DNA of 52,505 nucleotides, taken from a virus (lineage: Duplodnaviria > Caudoviricetes). The notes beneath the pieces are model-generated. The model did not search any database, was not told the origin of the DNA, and saw only the letters and a program-made list of their open reading frames with translations. Location: positions 1 to 52,505 of IMG/VR virus record IMGVR_UViG_3300046050_000049; one strand, written 5' to 3'. A program made the translations under genes and the position numbers. Every line of letters begins with the position of its first letter. Position 1 is the stretch's first letter. Below, piece by piece: positions 8,436 to 16,801 of the stretch.

Positions 8436-8786
8436 ATGCGTACTAACTATAACAACGCTGAGAAATCCGATGCGACTAATACGGCGAATCCAGATACAGG
8501 AGACGTGGCTGAGAAGGGTAGCCGGGAAGTCATCTTGGAGTTCTTCGCCAGCCACGACTACCCCCACCAACCGCTGGATGTGTACGGTGGGCTGATTTAT
8601 ACTGGAGACATCACCTTCAGTTACCGGACAGTTCAAAACGCCATCTCGGAGCTCTCGGAATCGGGCGACCTCAGCAAAGTTGCTATCGACCGCGAGGATG
8701 GCGTCGTCAGAGAACTGCCCCAGAATACCAGCAAGCGCGCTCATTATGTGATCACTGACGAGGGGCGAGAGCGTATCAACGAGTGA
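8436..8786 (+). CDS. Winged-helix transcriptional regulator (repressor-like), divergent from the early operon
   Basis: ILEFFASH...SYRTVQNAISELSESGDL...YVITDEGRERI wHTH pattern. Confidence 0.75.
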   Translation: MRTNYNNAEKSDATNTANPDTGDVAEKGSREVILEFFASHDYPHQPLDVYGGLIYTGDITFSYRTVQNAISELSESGDLSKVAIDREDGVVRELPQNTSKRAHYVITDEGRERINE

Positions 8787-8844
8787 CGCCCCGACGGACA
8801 GCTCGGGGAAACGGCTTTTGACCGTGGGTCCCCTTAGGTCGCGT

Positions 8845-9084
8845 ATGAACGGCGCTGCCCTCGCGTTCCGGCTTTGACTGCTCGCAACCGGCAGCGCCGT
8901 TGCCGCCGCGGTCTGTATGTTCGGGGCCGTCGTCGTTGACCGCTGGATGCTCGCGTTGATCGTTCTGGGCATCATCGGCGCGGCCGTCGCCGCAGCCGTC
9001 GAAATGCTGTTTATTGTCGTCGAACTGAACCCCGACGTTAAGATCACCCTCGACACCGAGGGCGAGCCCGAGCGGGCGTCCTGA
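8845..9084 (+). pseudogene. Two-TM membrane protein gene with an in-frame TGA at codon 11
   Basis: MNGAALAFRL*LLATGSAVAAAVCMFGAVVVDRWMLALIVLGIIG...ERAS; TATA-like CTTTTGA about 25 nt upstream. Confidence 0.55.
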
Positions 9085-9093
9085 GCCGCGCGG

Positions 9094-9330
9094 ATGGCTG
9101 GGGACTCGCGAGCAGCGGCGGCGCGTGATCTCCGACTCGTCAGTGCCGTGTTCGTCGGAAACGTGTTCGTGCTGGCGCTTGGGTTTGGGGTCGTCGCTGG
9201 CAGTGCCTTTCTACTCGGTCGGAATGGCCTCGCGAACGTCTTCGCGAGCGGGACAGGATTCCTTCTAGCACTCGCGGCCGCCCTTGTCTTCGTTCGGTCG
9301 TCGCTCATCGGCGTTGTCGCTGGGCCGTGA
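9094..9330 (+). CDS. Small two-TM membrane protein
   Basis: Two hydrophobic stretches. Confidence 0.65.
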   Translation: MAGDSRAAAARDLRLVSAVFVGNVFVLALGFGVVAGSAFLLGRNGLANVFASGTGFLLALAAALVFVRSSLIGVVAGP

Positions 9331-9443
9331 GGCCCCCCCAGCGACTGCCATTGTCAGACGCACGTTCGACGACCGTTCGGAATTTGTATCGCAACATGTG
9401 CTTTATCTCGTCGTTCCGTCTGTGTACTGCCGAGGCCCCCTCG

Positions 9444-9689
9444 TTACTCCGCGTCGAGTTCGTAGCGGTCGTCCTCGCGTTCCAGCGGCGTGACATCATC
9501 GTCGACGAGATCGTCCAGCGCGCGCCGAACGTCGGGCTCGGGGAGATCGAGAACGTCGGCGGCCTCGTCGACGGTCACCGCGGTTCGGTCCCCGCGGAAC
9601 TTGCGCTGGAGCCAGTTGCCCAGCTGTTCGTGGACGTACGCACGCCGTTCGGGACCGTCGTCCGGGAGGTCTACTGCTGTGGTCGCCAT
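9444..9689 (-). CDS. Small winged-HTH protein
   Basis: VTVDEAADVLDLPEPDVRRALDDLV; TTTATTA TATA-like box about 28 nt upstream. Confidence 0.7.
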   Translation of the reverse strand: MATTAVDLPDDGPERRAYVHEQLGNWLQRKFRGDRTAVTVDEAADVLDLPEPDVRRALDDLVDDDVTPLEREDDRYELDAE

Positions 9690-9725
9690 CGCGACTGGTC
9701 GTAGCAGAGATGGCTGTAATAAACC

Positions 9726-9746
9726 GTGCCTCAATTCCGGGGGGTG
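9726..9746. promoter_or_regulatory. 21-bp element GTGCCTCAATTCCGGGGGGTG, copy 1 (ORB/G-string-like)
   Basis: Exact copy at 11798-11818; 37 bp upstream of a leftward ATG. Confidence 0.7.
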
Positions 9747-9776
9747 GAAGTGTCGATAGCTACTAGAAGAGGCAGG

Positions 9777-10025
9777 TTATTCTCCAACGCGAGTGGTTCG
9801 CTTTCCGCGGCAGTTCGGGCAGGTTGGACGGGCGGCATCGCCGGTGTACGGCCAGACGTTCCCACAGCCGTTGCACTGTCGAAGCGGGATAACTGTCCGC
9901 GTGACGAGCGCGTCACACTCTATGCAGACGGCCTTCTTATCGTGCCCTGCGGGATGGGTTTTATGATGATTGTTGACGTGGCCGTTTTCACACTCGTAGG
10001 CGATTTCTTTTCCGTCGGGGATCAT
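9777..10025 (-). CDS. Double Zn-ribbon protein
   Basis: CENGH, CIEC, CNGCGNVWPYTG...CPNC; TAATG overlap. Confidence 0.7.
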   Translation of the reverse strand: MIPDGKEIAYECENGHVNNHHKTHPAGHDKKAVCIECDALVTRTVIPLRQCNGCGNVWPYTGDAARPTCPNCRGKRTTRVGE

Positions 10026-10402
10026 TATCGTCCCCCCGCTCTGTCGCGGAGTTCGTCGGTCGCTACTGTGAGACTCATAGACCCGTAGCATTCTCCACAG
10101 GTCGCTTTAACACCGTTCCGCTCAGCTCGGCCCTTCTCCCGTGCTACGTAGTCGTCCCAAGAGTCGATGTCGTGGGCGTCGTCGTCGAACAGCCGTTGCA
10201 TCGACTCGTCTTCGGGGTCTTTGCGCTCCCACGGGAACGACCCGCCGATCTCTCTCGCCTCCGCAAGCGAGTGGTCGGCTTCGCGGGCGTGGCGGTCGCG
10301 AGGGCCGCGCCAGTAGAGATCGTTTTCTCCACAGCCGCACGCGACAAGCCCGTTCTCGTCTGATTCGACCTTGATCGTTAGCTCGCTCTTCTCGTCGCTC
10401 AT
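10025..10402 (-). CDS. Cys-containing hypothetical protein (MSDEKSEL...)
   Basis: CGCG and CGEC; overlaps both neighbours. Confidence 0.65.
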   Translation of the reverse strand: MSDEKSELTIKVESDENGLVACGCGENDLYWRGPRDRHAREADHSLAEAREIGGSFPWERKDPEDESMQRLFDDDAHDIDSWDDYVAREKGRAERNGVKATCGECYGSMSLTVATDELRDRAGGR

Positions 10403-10545
10403 CCTTCTGCCTCCATCTGGCAGGTCATGTCGCAGTAGTGATCTGCCGCCTTGACGGACCACGCATCCGCGCCGGGGTCGTCGCTCAGGTCAACGGTGAG
10501 TTCGTCGCCACAGTGCTCGCATTCGCTTTGGAATTGTCGGCTCAT
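10399..10545 (-). CDS. 48-aa Zn-finger microprotein (MSRQFQSECEHC...)
   Basis: Read by hand; directly after a TATA box; ATGA overlap with the next gene. Confidence 0.6.
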   Translation of the reverse strand: MSRQFQSECEHCGDELTVDLSDDPGADAWSVKAADHYCDMTCQMEAEG

Positions 10546-10557
10546 TGTGTCTCCCTC

Positions 10558-10606
10558 TGTCTAATGTTAGACACCGTGTGTATATAAGTCTTTCTCACAT
10601 TAGACA
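10558..10606 (-). promoter_or_regulatory. Leftward promoter (CTTATATA) flanked by two operators TGTCTAA-NN-TTAGACA
   Basis: Perfect palindrome 10558-10573, degenerate copy 10591-10606, TATA at 10581-10588. Confidence 0.65.
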
Positions 10607-10662
10607 CCTATCCGGAACCCGATATGCGGCGCGTGTCCTTCTTCCGTCTCCACCCGTCGGCG

Positions 10663-11760
10663 TCAGTCGTTGGACGTCGATCCCGACACGTTGATCGCCG
10701 GCTCGTCGGCGGTGAGCGGGTCGAACGTGACCCCGGGATCGATTTCGTCGTCAACGACGCCGTAGCGTCGGTCGTGCTCCTTACCCTCAAACTTGATCAG
10801 GTCGTACTCGTGCAGCTTCGCGAGCTTATTTCGTCGCGACCGCCGACAGATGGGCGTCTGTGGAGAGCCACGATACAGCCGCTCGGCGAGATAGTCGTAG
10901 TAAGCGTGAAGCGTCGCACCGTCGAGCGGCCCCCACGCGTGGATGATCCCGTACAGGATCTGATGATGAAGCGGGACGGACTGGATGTTCGAGGCACGAA
11001 TCATGTGCCGAGCTCGCTCATAACAGTCGGCGACATCGGCGTCGCGAATTGAGGCGTGCTCGCGCTCGACAGCCAACTGGGCGGCGGCGTACAGCGACTG
11101 GATGCCGCGTCGAGCGACCCCGGCCGTCTCGTCGGCGATCTCTCGAAGCTGTTCGTTGTCGACGACGCCGTCGCGAAGGCCCTGTATCGCTCGGGCGCTG
11201 AGGATGTCGGCGAGTTCGGTCGTGCTAAATCGATCAAGCTCGATCTGCGTAGCAATCGAGCCGCGAACGCGGTCGGAGCAGGCGGCGAGCCAGCGGTCAG
11301 GATTGTGGACGATGACGACGACGGACAGCAACGGACAGTCGAGCAGCTGGTCGAGTGCCTCGGAGTGGCAGAGGTCGTCCCCCTCGTCGCACACGACGAT
11401 ATACGGGTCGTCGACGGTCTCGCGAAGCAGTCGTGGGAGGCCGTCGGTCGGGGTGTTCGAGGCTGGCTCGGGGCCGCGGGGATAGGCCGCGATGACCTCG
11501 CGGAGGATTGTTCCAGTCCTCTTGCCGAGGGTCCGGATGTGGGTCTGCGGGACGCCGGCGTGATCGGCGACCTTATCAACGACGTGGCGTGCGAGGGCGG
11601 TCTTCCCGACGCCGGAGCTCCCGGAGAGGAGGACATCGTCGGCTCGATCACCGTGGACGGCTGGGGCGAGCGCGTTATGAAGGCGAGTAACGGGCTGATG
11701 CCGGTGGATGAGCTGTCGCGGCGGCCACTCGTCGGTGAAGACCCGTGCCTCCGTTATCAT
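10663..11760 (-). CDS. cdc6: Orc1/Cdc6 family AAA+ replication initiator
   Basis: MITEARVF start, Walker A GSSGVGKT, Walker B VVCDEGD, LADILSARA, GVARRGI, C-terminal wHTH. Confidence 0.9.
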   Translation of the reverse strand: MITEARVFTDEWPPRQLIHRHQPVTRLHNALAPAVHGDRADDVLLSGSSGVGKTALARHVVDKVADHAGVPQTHIRTLGKRTGTILREVIAAYPRGPEPASNTPTDGLPRLLRETVDDPYIVVCDEGDDLCHSEALDQLLDCPLLSVVVIVHNPDRWLAACSDRVRGSIATQIELDRFSTTELADILSARAIQGLRDGVVDNEQLREIADETAGVARRGIQSLYAAAQLAVEREHASIRDADVADCYERARHMIRASNIQSVPLHHQILYGIIHAWGPLDGATLHAYYDYLAERLYRGSPQTPICRRSRRNKLAKLHEYDLIKFEGKEHDRRYGVVDDEIDPGVTFDPLTADEPAINVSGSTSND

Positions 11761-11797
11761 GACAGCAGTCGATGATGAGGACCGGGTACAAAAGTAA

Positions 11798-11818
11798 GTG
11801 CCTCAATTCCGGGGGGTG
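11798..11818. promoter_or_regulatory. 21-bp element, copy 2, upstream of cdc6
   Basis: Identical to 9726-9746; 38 bp upstream of the cdc6 ATG. Confidence 0.7.
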
Positions 11819-11839
11819 ACACGGCGGCCTCGGCGGCGG

Positions 11840-12208
11840 CTAACTCGCGAGGGCGTCGTGGAAGTTGATGAAGGCCTCGACTACCGGAGCGTCCTCGGCG
11901 TCTCGTAGCGCGTACATCTGTGCCCCGCTGGTGGTTCGCGTTTCCTCGACCAACCCGAGACTGACCAGCAGGTCGATATTATTGTGAACCGTGCGCCGCC
12001 CCACGTCGGCCATCTCTGCGAGGTCGGACTTGTTGAGATCCATTCCCTGTGCATCGAGCAGGGCGCGGAGCATCCGGCAGGCAGCCGGGTGGCTGGTCAG
12101 CTCGACCCACGGGTGCTCGACGAACGCGGCGTCAGCGTCGTCGAGCGCCCCCTCGCCATCAGTGCCTCCATCAGTACCGCCACCGTGAGAAGTCTGTTGC
12201 TCTCCCAT
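11840..12208 (-). CDS. ArsR/HTH-type transcriptional regulator
   Basis: LNKSDLAEMADVGRRTVHNNIDLLVSLGLVEETR wHTH. Confidence 0.8.
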   Translation of the reverse strand: MGEQQTSHGGGTDGGTDGEGALDDADAAFVEHPWVELTSHPAACRMLRALLDAQGMDLNKSDLAEMADVGRRTVHNNIDLLVSLGLVEETRTTSGAQMYALRDAEDAPVVEAFINFHDALAS

Positions 12209-12319
12209 ATGCAACCAATTGCACGCATAGGGCATAAAAATTGTGCATCTGGTTGCTGCACAGTGTGCAATCTATTGCACAACACTTATGATGGTGGCGT
12301 GTGTGTATTTAATTGCACA
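12208..12319. promoter_or_regulatory. Divergent promoter with 3-4 palindromic operators TGTGCAAT-NN-ATTGCACA
   Basis: Perfect copy 12264-12281; variants 12208-12225 and 12302-12319; weak copy 12242-12259. Confidence 0.7.
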
Positions 12320-12353
12320 CAGGGGGCGTACCCGGTGCGGAGGTGACTCAAAA

Positions 12354-12509
12354 ATGGCAAAATCGTATTGCGACCGATGTGGCAGCGAGTACAATCGCTA
12401 CCTTGGAGATCGCTTCTGGTCCGGTTCCTTCCCCGAGGAACAGCCGGACGGAAGCGTGAGTGTCTACGAGACGCTCTGTGATAATTGTCACCGACAAGTA
12501 GTACGGTAA
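12354..12509 (+). CDS. 51-aa Zn-finger microprotein (MAKSYCDRC...CDNC)
   Basis: GGAGGTG RBS upstream; two CxxC motifs. Confidence 0.65.
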   Translation: MAKSYCDRCGSEYNRYLGDRFWSGSFPEEQPDGSVSVYETLCDNCHRQVVR

Positions 12510-12540
12510 AAAAAGCTTTCCTCCCCCAATTTTTTCTCGC
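12508..12540. terminator. Probable bidirectional archaeal poly-T terminator
   Basis: A-run and T-run between convergent genes. Confidence 0.4.
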
Positions 12541-12819
12541 TCAGATGTCCTCCGCGACAACAGTACCTGCGTGCGCCGGAACCCGCACCCGCCGGGCGAC
12601 GACCTCATTCTCGCTGTCGAGTATGAGTTCGTCCTGCTCGATCTGCTCGCCGTCCGCAACGCGGCCGCGACTGTGAATTACACGCAGCTGCATATCGCCG
12701 TCGGTCCACTCCTTCGCCTCAAGATACCACGCGGAGCCCCACCGCTCGCGGGCCTCCTGCTTGAGCCGCGCTGCTTCTTCTGACGATTGACTGTCAGTCG
12801 GATGAGTGTTCTGAGCCAT
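12541..12819 (-). CDS. Hypothetical protein
   Basis: Acidic ORF; AT-rich upstream region. Confidence 0.6.
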   Translation of the reverse strand: MAQNTHPTDSQSSEEAARLKQEARERWGSAWYLEAKEWTDGDMQLRVIHSRGRVADGEQIEQDELILDSENEVVARRVRVPAHAGTVVAEDI

Positions 12820-12928
12820 ATGTGGTCTTGTGTGTTGACCAAAAAATGGTTTCCGGATATTGAGAAAGTCCAAAACGTTCCTCGGGTTCGACGGTCGGGG
12901 CTTCGCCCGTCGTAGGCGATCTCGCCCC

Positions 12929-13087
12929 TCACCCGGGCTGGTGGGTGCATCTCTCGTAGATATGGTATTTCACGCCAGATTCAGAGAGATCGTATTCCGC
13001 AGCGATCAACCCAATCCAATAGCCCTGCTCGTGGGCTTCCCGCATTTCCCGGCACTCCTCGGGGGTGACGTGGCGGCCGAGTGTCAT
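12929..13087 (-). CDS. Small HTH protein
   Basis: IGLIAAEYDLSESGVKYHI. Confidence 0.55.
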   Translation of the reverse strand: MTLGRHVTPEECREMREAHEQGYWIGLIAAEYDLSESGVKYHIYERCTHQPG

Positions 13088-13088
13088 C

Positions 13089-13595
13089 TCAGAGTGACAG
13101 CCAGTGCCGACCGTATCGTTCAATCTCGTCCAACGAGAGCCCGGTCGCTCGGAGATCGACGGCCCGGTTGCTGAGTCGAGCCTCATGGATGCCTTGCTCA
13201 ACAGCCGCCGGCTGATACCACTCTGCTGTGAGGTCCTGATACCGACCGAGCGACGGGTCTGAGGGGACTGTCTCGTCCGTATAGCACTGAGTCGGCTCTC
13301 CCAATATCAACGCGTGCTGGAGGACGATCCCCGCTGCGAAGCCGAGATTGCCCTCCAGCGAAAGGAACATCCCGAGTGAGCCTGTCGTCTCGGTTCCCGA
13401 GAGCGTAAACTCGTCGCCGTCCTCAACGAATACCATCTCGTAGTCGCGCTGCAGAGCAGTCAGCTCGCCGGGCAGATCGATCTCGTGATCCGACCCGTAG
13501 CTGACCCTCACCGTCGCGAGGTCGTCGAGGAGGTCTCGCAGTTCGTCGTCGGGGTCGTACGCAGTGTCGGTGATCTGGGTGTCGGCTTGGTTCAT
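13089..13595 (-). CDS. Hypothetical protein
   Basis: Acidic ORF in operon. Confidence 0.6.
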   Translation of the reverse strand: MNQADTQITDTAYDPDDELRDLLDDLATVRVSYGSDHEIDLPGELTALQRDYEMVFVEDGDEFTLSGTETTGSLGMFLSLEGNLGFAAGIVLQHALILGEPTQCYTDETVPSDPSLGRYQDLTAEWYQPAAVEQGIHEARLSNRAVDLRATGLSLDEIERYGRHWLSL

Positions 13596-13596
13596 C

Positions 13597-14787
13597 CTAC
13601 AGCTCCGGCCCGTGATTCGCGAGCCACTCCCCCTCAGTCTTCTCGCCTCGGTAGCGGTCGACATGTGTACCGACCTCGCGCCTATCGCTCAGACCCAACT
13701 TCTCAGCGACCTCGCGATAAAGCAGCCCAGCATCAACGAGCGCGACTGCCTTCGCGCGCATCTCCGGCACGTCGCCCTTCTCTTCGAGCTCGGCAGCCAG
13801 CTCTTCCCACGTTTGACTCTTGTCTTCGCTTGACCACCCACAGTTCGGGCAGGTCACAACGCCGGTTTTCCGCTCGGTGACGGCCACGTCGCAGTAGCAC
13901 TCGCGGCAGTGGACGCCCGTATTGTAAGCGTACTCGTCGGTCACGAAGATCGGCGAGGCGACCGGGTCCGTGGGATCGCCGTCGCCGAACAGCGGCTCGG
14001 CGTCGTCAGGAACGAACGCGTCGATGTCCTCCGAGACGGAGGTGTCGAGTCGAGAGTCGTCGCTGCCCTCAGCGTCGTGACTCGGCTGATCGGTAGGGGA
14101 GCCGGCAGAGCGGCCGCCGTCGGTCGCGACCGTCGGCTCGCTCGACAGGCGCACGTCCCCGATGTATTCTTGCTCGCCGTCCGCCCATGATATCTGGTGT
14201 TTCCGGACAGCGCCTTGGAGCGCGGACTTGCAGATGCCGTACGCCTGCGAGTCGGCCGTGTCCTTAATCCCCGCCTGAGCCATCGCCCGCTCAACCTCGT
14301 GGGCGTACGCCTCCTCGCGGTGGGTCCAGACCTTCTGCTTGTTACACGGGACATTACCGCCGCCCGGACCGCGCTGACGGATATCCTCGTGGAGCACAGT
14401 CTGAGCACCCTCCTGCCACTGCTCAACCAGCGTCTCGGCCAGCGTCGCGGCGCTATCGCGAAGTGCAACAGCGAGCTGTTCGTAGTCGTCGGCCTCCAGT
14501 TCCTGACCGCGCTCGTGGAGTGTTTCGGCGTCGCTCTCGATTGCATCGCGAACGTGGTCAACGCTGAGGTCCGCCGGCTCAACCACAAGTTCACCCACGC
14601 CGTAGACGGTGTAGTCTGTCTCCGAAGGCCCGACCTGCCAGCGCCGCCAGCAGACCCACGCCTCGGTCCCCGCAAGCCGACCGAGGTAGTTGTGACGGCT
14701 GTTGTCGCTATCGTACCAGTGGTGTTTGATATCGTACTCCTGTTCGCGGGGATCGATTTCGTCGGCGTTAACTTTGTTGTCGCTCAT
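13597..14787 (-). CDS. Multi-module protein: unknown N-domain, ATDGG linker, Zn ribbon, C-terminal HTH
   Basis: CREC...CPNC; LLYREVAEKLGLSDRREVGTHV. Confidence 0.7.
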   Translation of the reverse strand: MSDNKVNADEIDPREQEYDIKHHWYDSDNSRHNYLGRLAGTEAWVCWRRWQVGPSETDYTVYGVGELVVEPADLSVDHVRDAIESDAETLHERGQELEADDYEQLAVALRDSAATLAETLVEQWQEGAQTVLHEDIRQRGPGGGNVPCNKQKVWTHREEAYAHEVERAMAQAGIKDTADSQAYGICKSALQGAVRKHQISWADGEQEYIGDVRLSSEPTVATDGGRSAGSPTDQPSHDAEGSDDSRLDTSVSEDIDAFVPDDAEPLFGDGDPTDPVASPIFVTDEYAYNTGVHCRECYCDVAVTERKTGVVTCPNCGWSSEDKSQTWEELAAELEEKGDVPEMRAKAVALVDAGLLYREVAEKLGLSDRREVGTHVDRYRGEKTEGEWLANHGPEL

Positions 14788-14794
14788 ATGATAT

Positions 14795-15235
14795 TCACCA
14801 CGGGCTGTGTGCCGGGTCAATATTTCCAGCCGGCTCGTCGAGAACGCCGATATCGACAATCTCGACGCGGTCGGCTGGAATAGGGTCAGCGTGGACGTAC
14901 GCGTCCGGGACGTTCGGCGGCGACGTTGCGCTCTCGCTGTCGAGGGTCAGCCGGTCCGGATTGACCTCAGCCCGGACAAGAGCGAATCGCTCCCCGTGCT
15001 CCATCTCAGCACGGACATCTTTGAGAGAGGTCCGCGCGTATATCTCCATATTCCGACGCGTCTTACAGACGTGAACGCCCTCGGTCACCGTCTCGACGGT
15101 ACTTGGATCGGTTGGGTCCTGCGCGAGGTGTGTTGCGATGCAGTCGGTCATTTCGAGGCCGTCCTCCGTGATGCTGTCAATATTACTCTCTGCCGTAACG
15201 TGCCACACGGTAATGTGGTCGGTCGTGTCGCTCAT
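14795..15235 (-). CDS. Putative ADP-ribosyltransferase-fold protein (Tpt1/DUF952/DarT-like)
   Basis: VWHVT...NIDSITEDGL...GVHVC...LVRAEV...YVHADPIP pattern. Confidence 0.55.
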   Translation of the reverse strand: MSDTTDHITVWHVTAESNIDSITEDGLEMTDCIATHLAQDPTDPSTVETVTEGVHVCKTRRNMEIYARTSLKDVRAEMEHGERFALVRAEVNPDRLTLDSESATSPPNVPDAYVHADPIPADRVEIVDIGVLDEPAGNIDPAHSPW

Positions 15236-15239
15236 TGGT

Positions 15240-15914
15240 TTAGTGGGTGTGGGTACGGCGCGTCTCGACAGCGCCCTCGGGCGTCGCGACGCGGGTCACG
15301 CGGTCGAGCGAGCACTCCTTACGCGGGTCGTTGCAGTCGGTCGTTGACTCGTTGATGACGACCTCGTCGCCAGTCTCGGCGGCCTCGTTGAGGGCGTCCT
15401 GCTCCTGTTCCTCGCTGGTGCGCGGGTCGTCGAGCAGATCCTCGAATGTCAGCACGTCGCCCGGCTCAGCGTCGTCGGGCACCCGGTCGGTGTCGACACG
15501 GCGCGCGAGTTCGCTTTCGCGGTCGGTCATCTCTTTGCGGGACTTGCTCGCGACGAGCGTCTGCTCGGTCAGCTCCTGTCCCCACGAGCCGGTGCCGTTG
15601 GAGCGCTCCTCAACCTCGTAGGTCAACGGGCTGTCGTCGATGCTCGCCTCGCGGAGCGCCTCAATCTCGTCGCGGCGGCCCTCGACGGGGATGAGCGCGC
15701 GGACTCGGTCGTTGCTGTCGTCGCGGTGGGTGCCTGCGTCGAGCACGTGCGTTCCCTTCGCGTAGTCGAGCTGCGCCTTGGTGTCGTCAACGGACACGCC
15801 GCCGGAGTCGAACGTGACGAAGAGGGTGCCAGCGTCTGCCCGAACGGTCACGTCTGCGCCGCGGTCGGTCGTAAAGTTGATCTCGTCGTCGGTGGTGCTG
15901 TTATCAGTCGTCAT
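15240..15914 (-). CDS. Hypothetical acidic protein
   Basis: First gene after the promoter at 15921-15980. Confidence 0.7.
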   Translation of the reverse strand: MTTDNSTTDDEINFTTDRGADVTVRADAGTLFVTFDSGGVSVDDTKAQLDYAKGTHVLDAGTHRDDSNDRVRALIPVEGRRDEIEALREASIDDSPLTYEVEERSNGTGSWGQELTEQTLVASKSRKEMTDRESELARRVDTDRVPDDAEPGDVLTFEDLLDDPRTSEEQEQDALNEAAETGDEVVINESTTDCNDPRKECSLDRVTRVATPEGAVETRRTHTH

Positions 15915-15920
15915 CTGCCT

Positions 15921-15980
15921 TGTCACACATATGTGTACGACGGAAGGGTACTTAATACTGTCGCACAGAATTGTGCGACA
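15921..15980 (-). promoter_or_regulatory. Leftward promoter (TATTAAG) flanked by two 22-bp operators TGTCGCACA-N4-TGTGCGACA
   Basis: Perfect inverted repeat 15959-15980; degenerate copy 15921-15942. Confidence 0.65.
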
Positions 15981-15989
15981 AAAGCAGCG

Positions 15990-16460
15990 TTAGTCGCCAG
16001 TCGCAGACTCCGGGATGTCGACCGGCGGTCGAGCGTCGACGATAGAGGGAGCACGGTCAACGTGTGCGAGCGGACAGGTCTCGGCGTGCAGCACACCCCC
16101 CAACGACTCGTCAACCATCCCACACGAGCACTCGAAGCCGAGAACCTCGCCCTCGCACAGCCCGCCGCGCCCCTCTGTCTCGCCGAACTCGATGATGTAC
16201 GCGACCGTGTCGGCCTCAAACTCGGGCGACGGCGGTCCACTGTCGACGTACTCGGCCTTGTCGTAGAACCGGCGGCCGTGCGCGCCAGCGTGCGAGCAGT
16301 CGGCCTTGTGGAACAACTGGCGCGCGGTCTCGTCGACGGCGTTGCACTCACCGCAGAAGAAGGCGATGACCTCGTCGACCCCGTGGTCGGACGCGCCGGG
16401 ATCGGTGACGCGCAGCTGCTGGAGCGGCGAATCGTCGAGGTCGTCACGCGTGACCATCAC
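15990..16460 (-). CDS. Protein with an internal duplicated Cys/His module
   Basis: FFCGECNAVDE...HKADCSHA and FECSCGMVDE...HAETCPLA. Confidence 0.65.
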   Translation of the reverse strand: MMVTRDDLDDSPLQQLRVTDPGASDHGVDEVIAFFCGECNAVDETARQLFHKADCSHAGAHGRRFYDKAEYVDSGPPSPEFEADTVAYIIEFGETEGRGGLCEGEVLGFECSCGMVDESLGGVLHAETCPLAHVDRAPSIVDARPPVDIPESATGD

Positions 16461-16801
16461 GGTAGGTCACCCGGCGAGAGTGCGTCGGGATCGAACTCAT
16501 CGAGCGCGGCATCGAGGAGATCGTCGCGACGGCGGTCGCGAGCCTGCGAGAGATGTCCGTGGGCGCGTCCCAGATGGCCGCGGATCTCGTCGTGTCGCTG
16601 ATCGTCCGCGTTCAGCTCTAGTCGCCGGTACGTTTCCATCTCCTCAGCGCGTTCGGCCGCGGCCACGAGCCACGTCCACAGGTCGTCCTCTAGGAGAGCG
16701 TTCTCGGCGGCCTCGGCTGCACCCTCGTGATAGCGGAGAGCGATTACGTCCCACGCGACCGCCTTCGCTCGCTCGACCGCGCGGCTGTCGACATCAGCCA
16801 T
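16457..16801 (-). CDS. Hypothetical helical protein (MADVDSRAVE...)
   Basis: Operon overlap. Confidence 0.6.
   Translation of the reverse strand: MADVDSRAVERAKAVAWDVIALRYHEGAAEAAENALLEDDLWTWLVAAAERAEEMETYRRLELNADDQRHDEIRGHLGRAHGHLSQARDRRRDDLLDAALDEFDPDALSPGDLP

Noticed and set aside
8423-8479. Imperfect direct repeat CTGAGAAA..GATGCG.ACTAA at the repressor start
   Set aside because: Possibly an operator, but only two gapped copies; too weak to call
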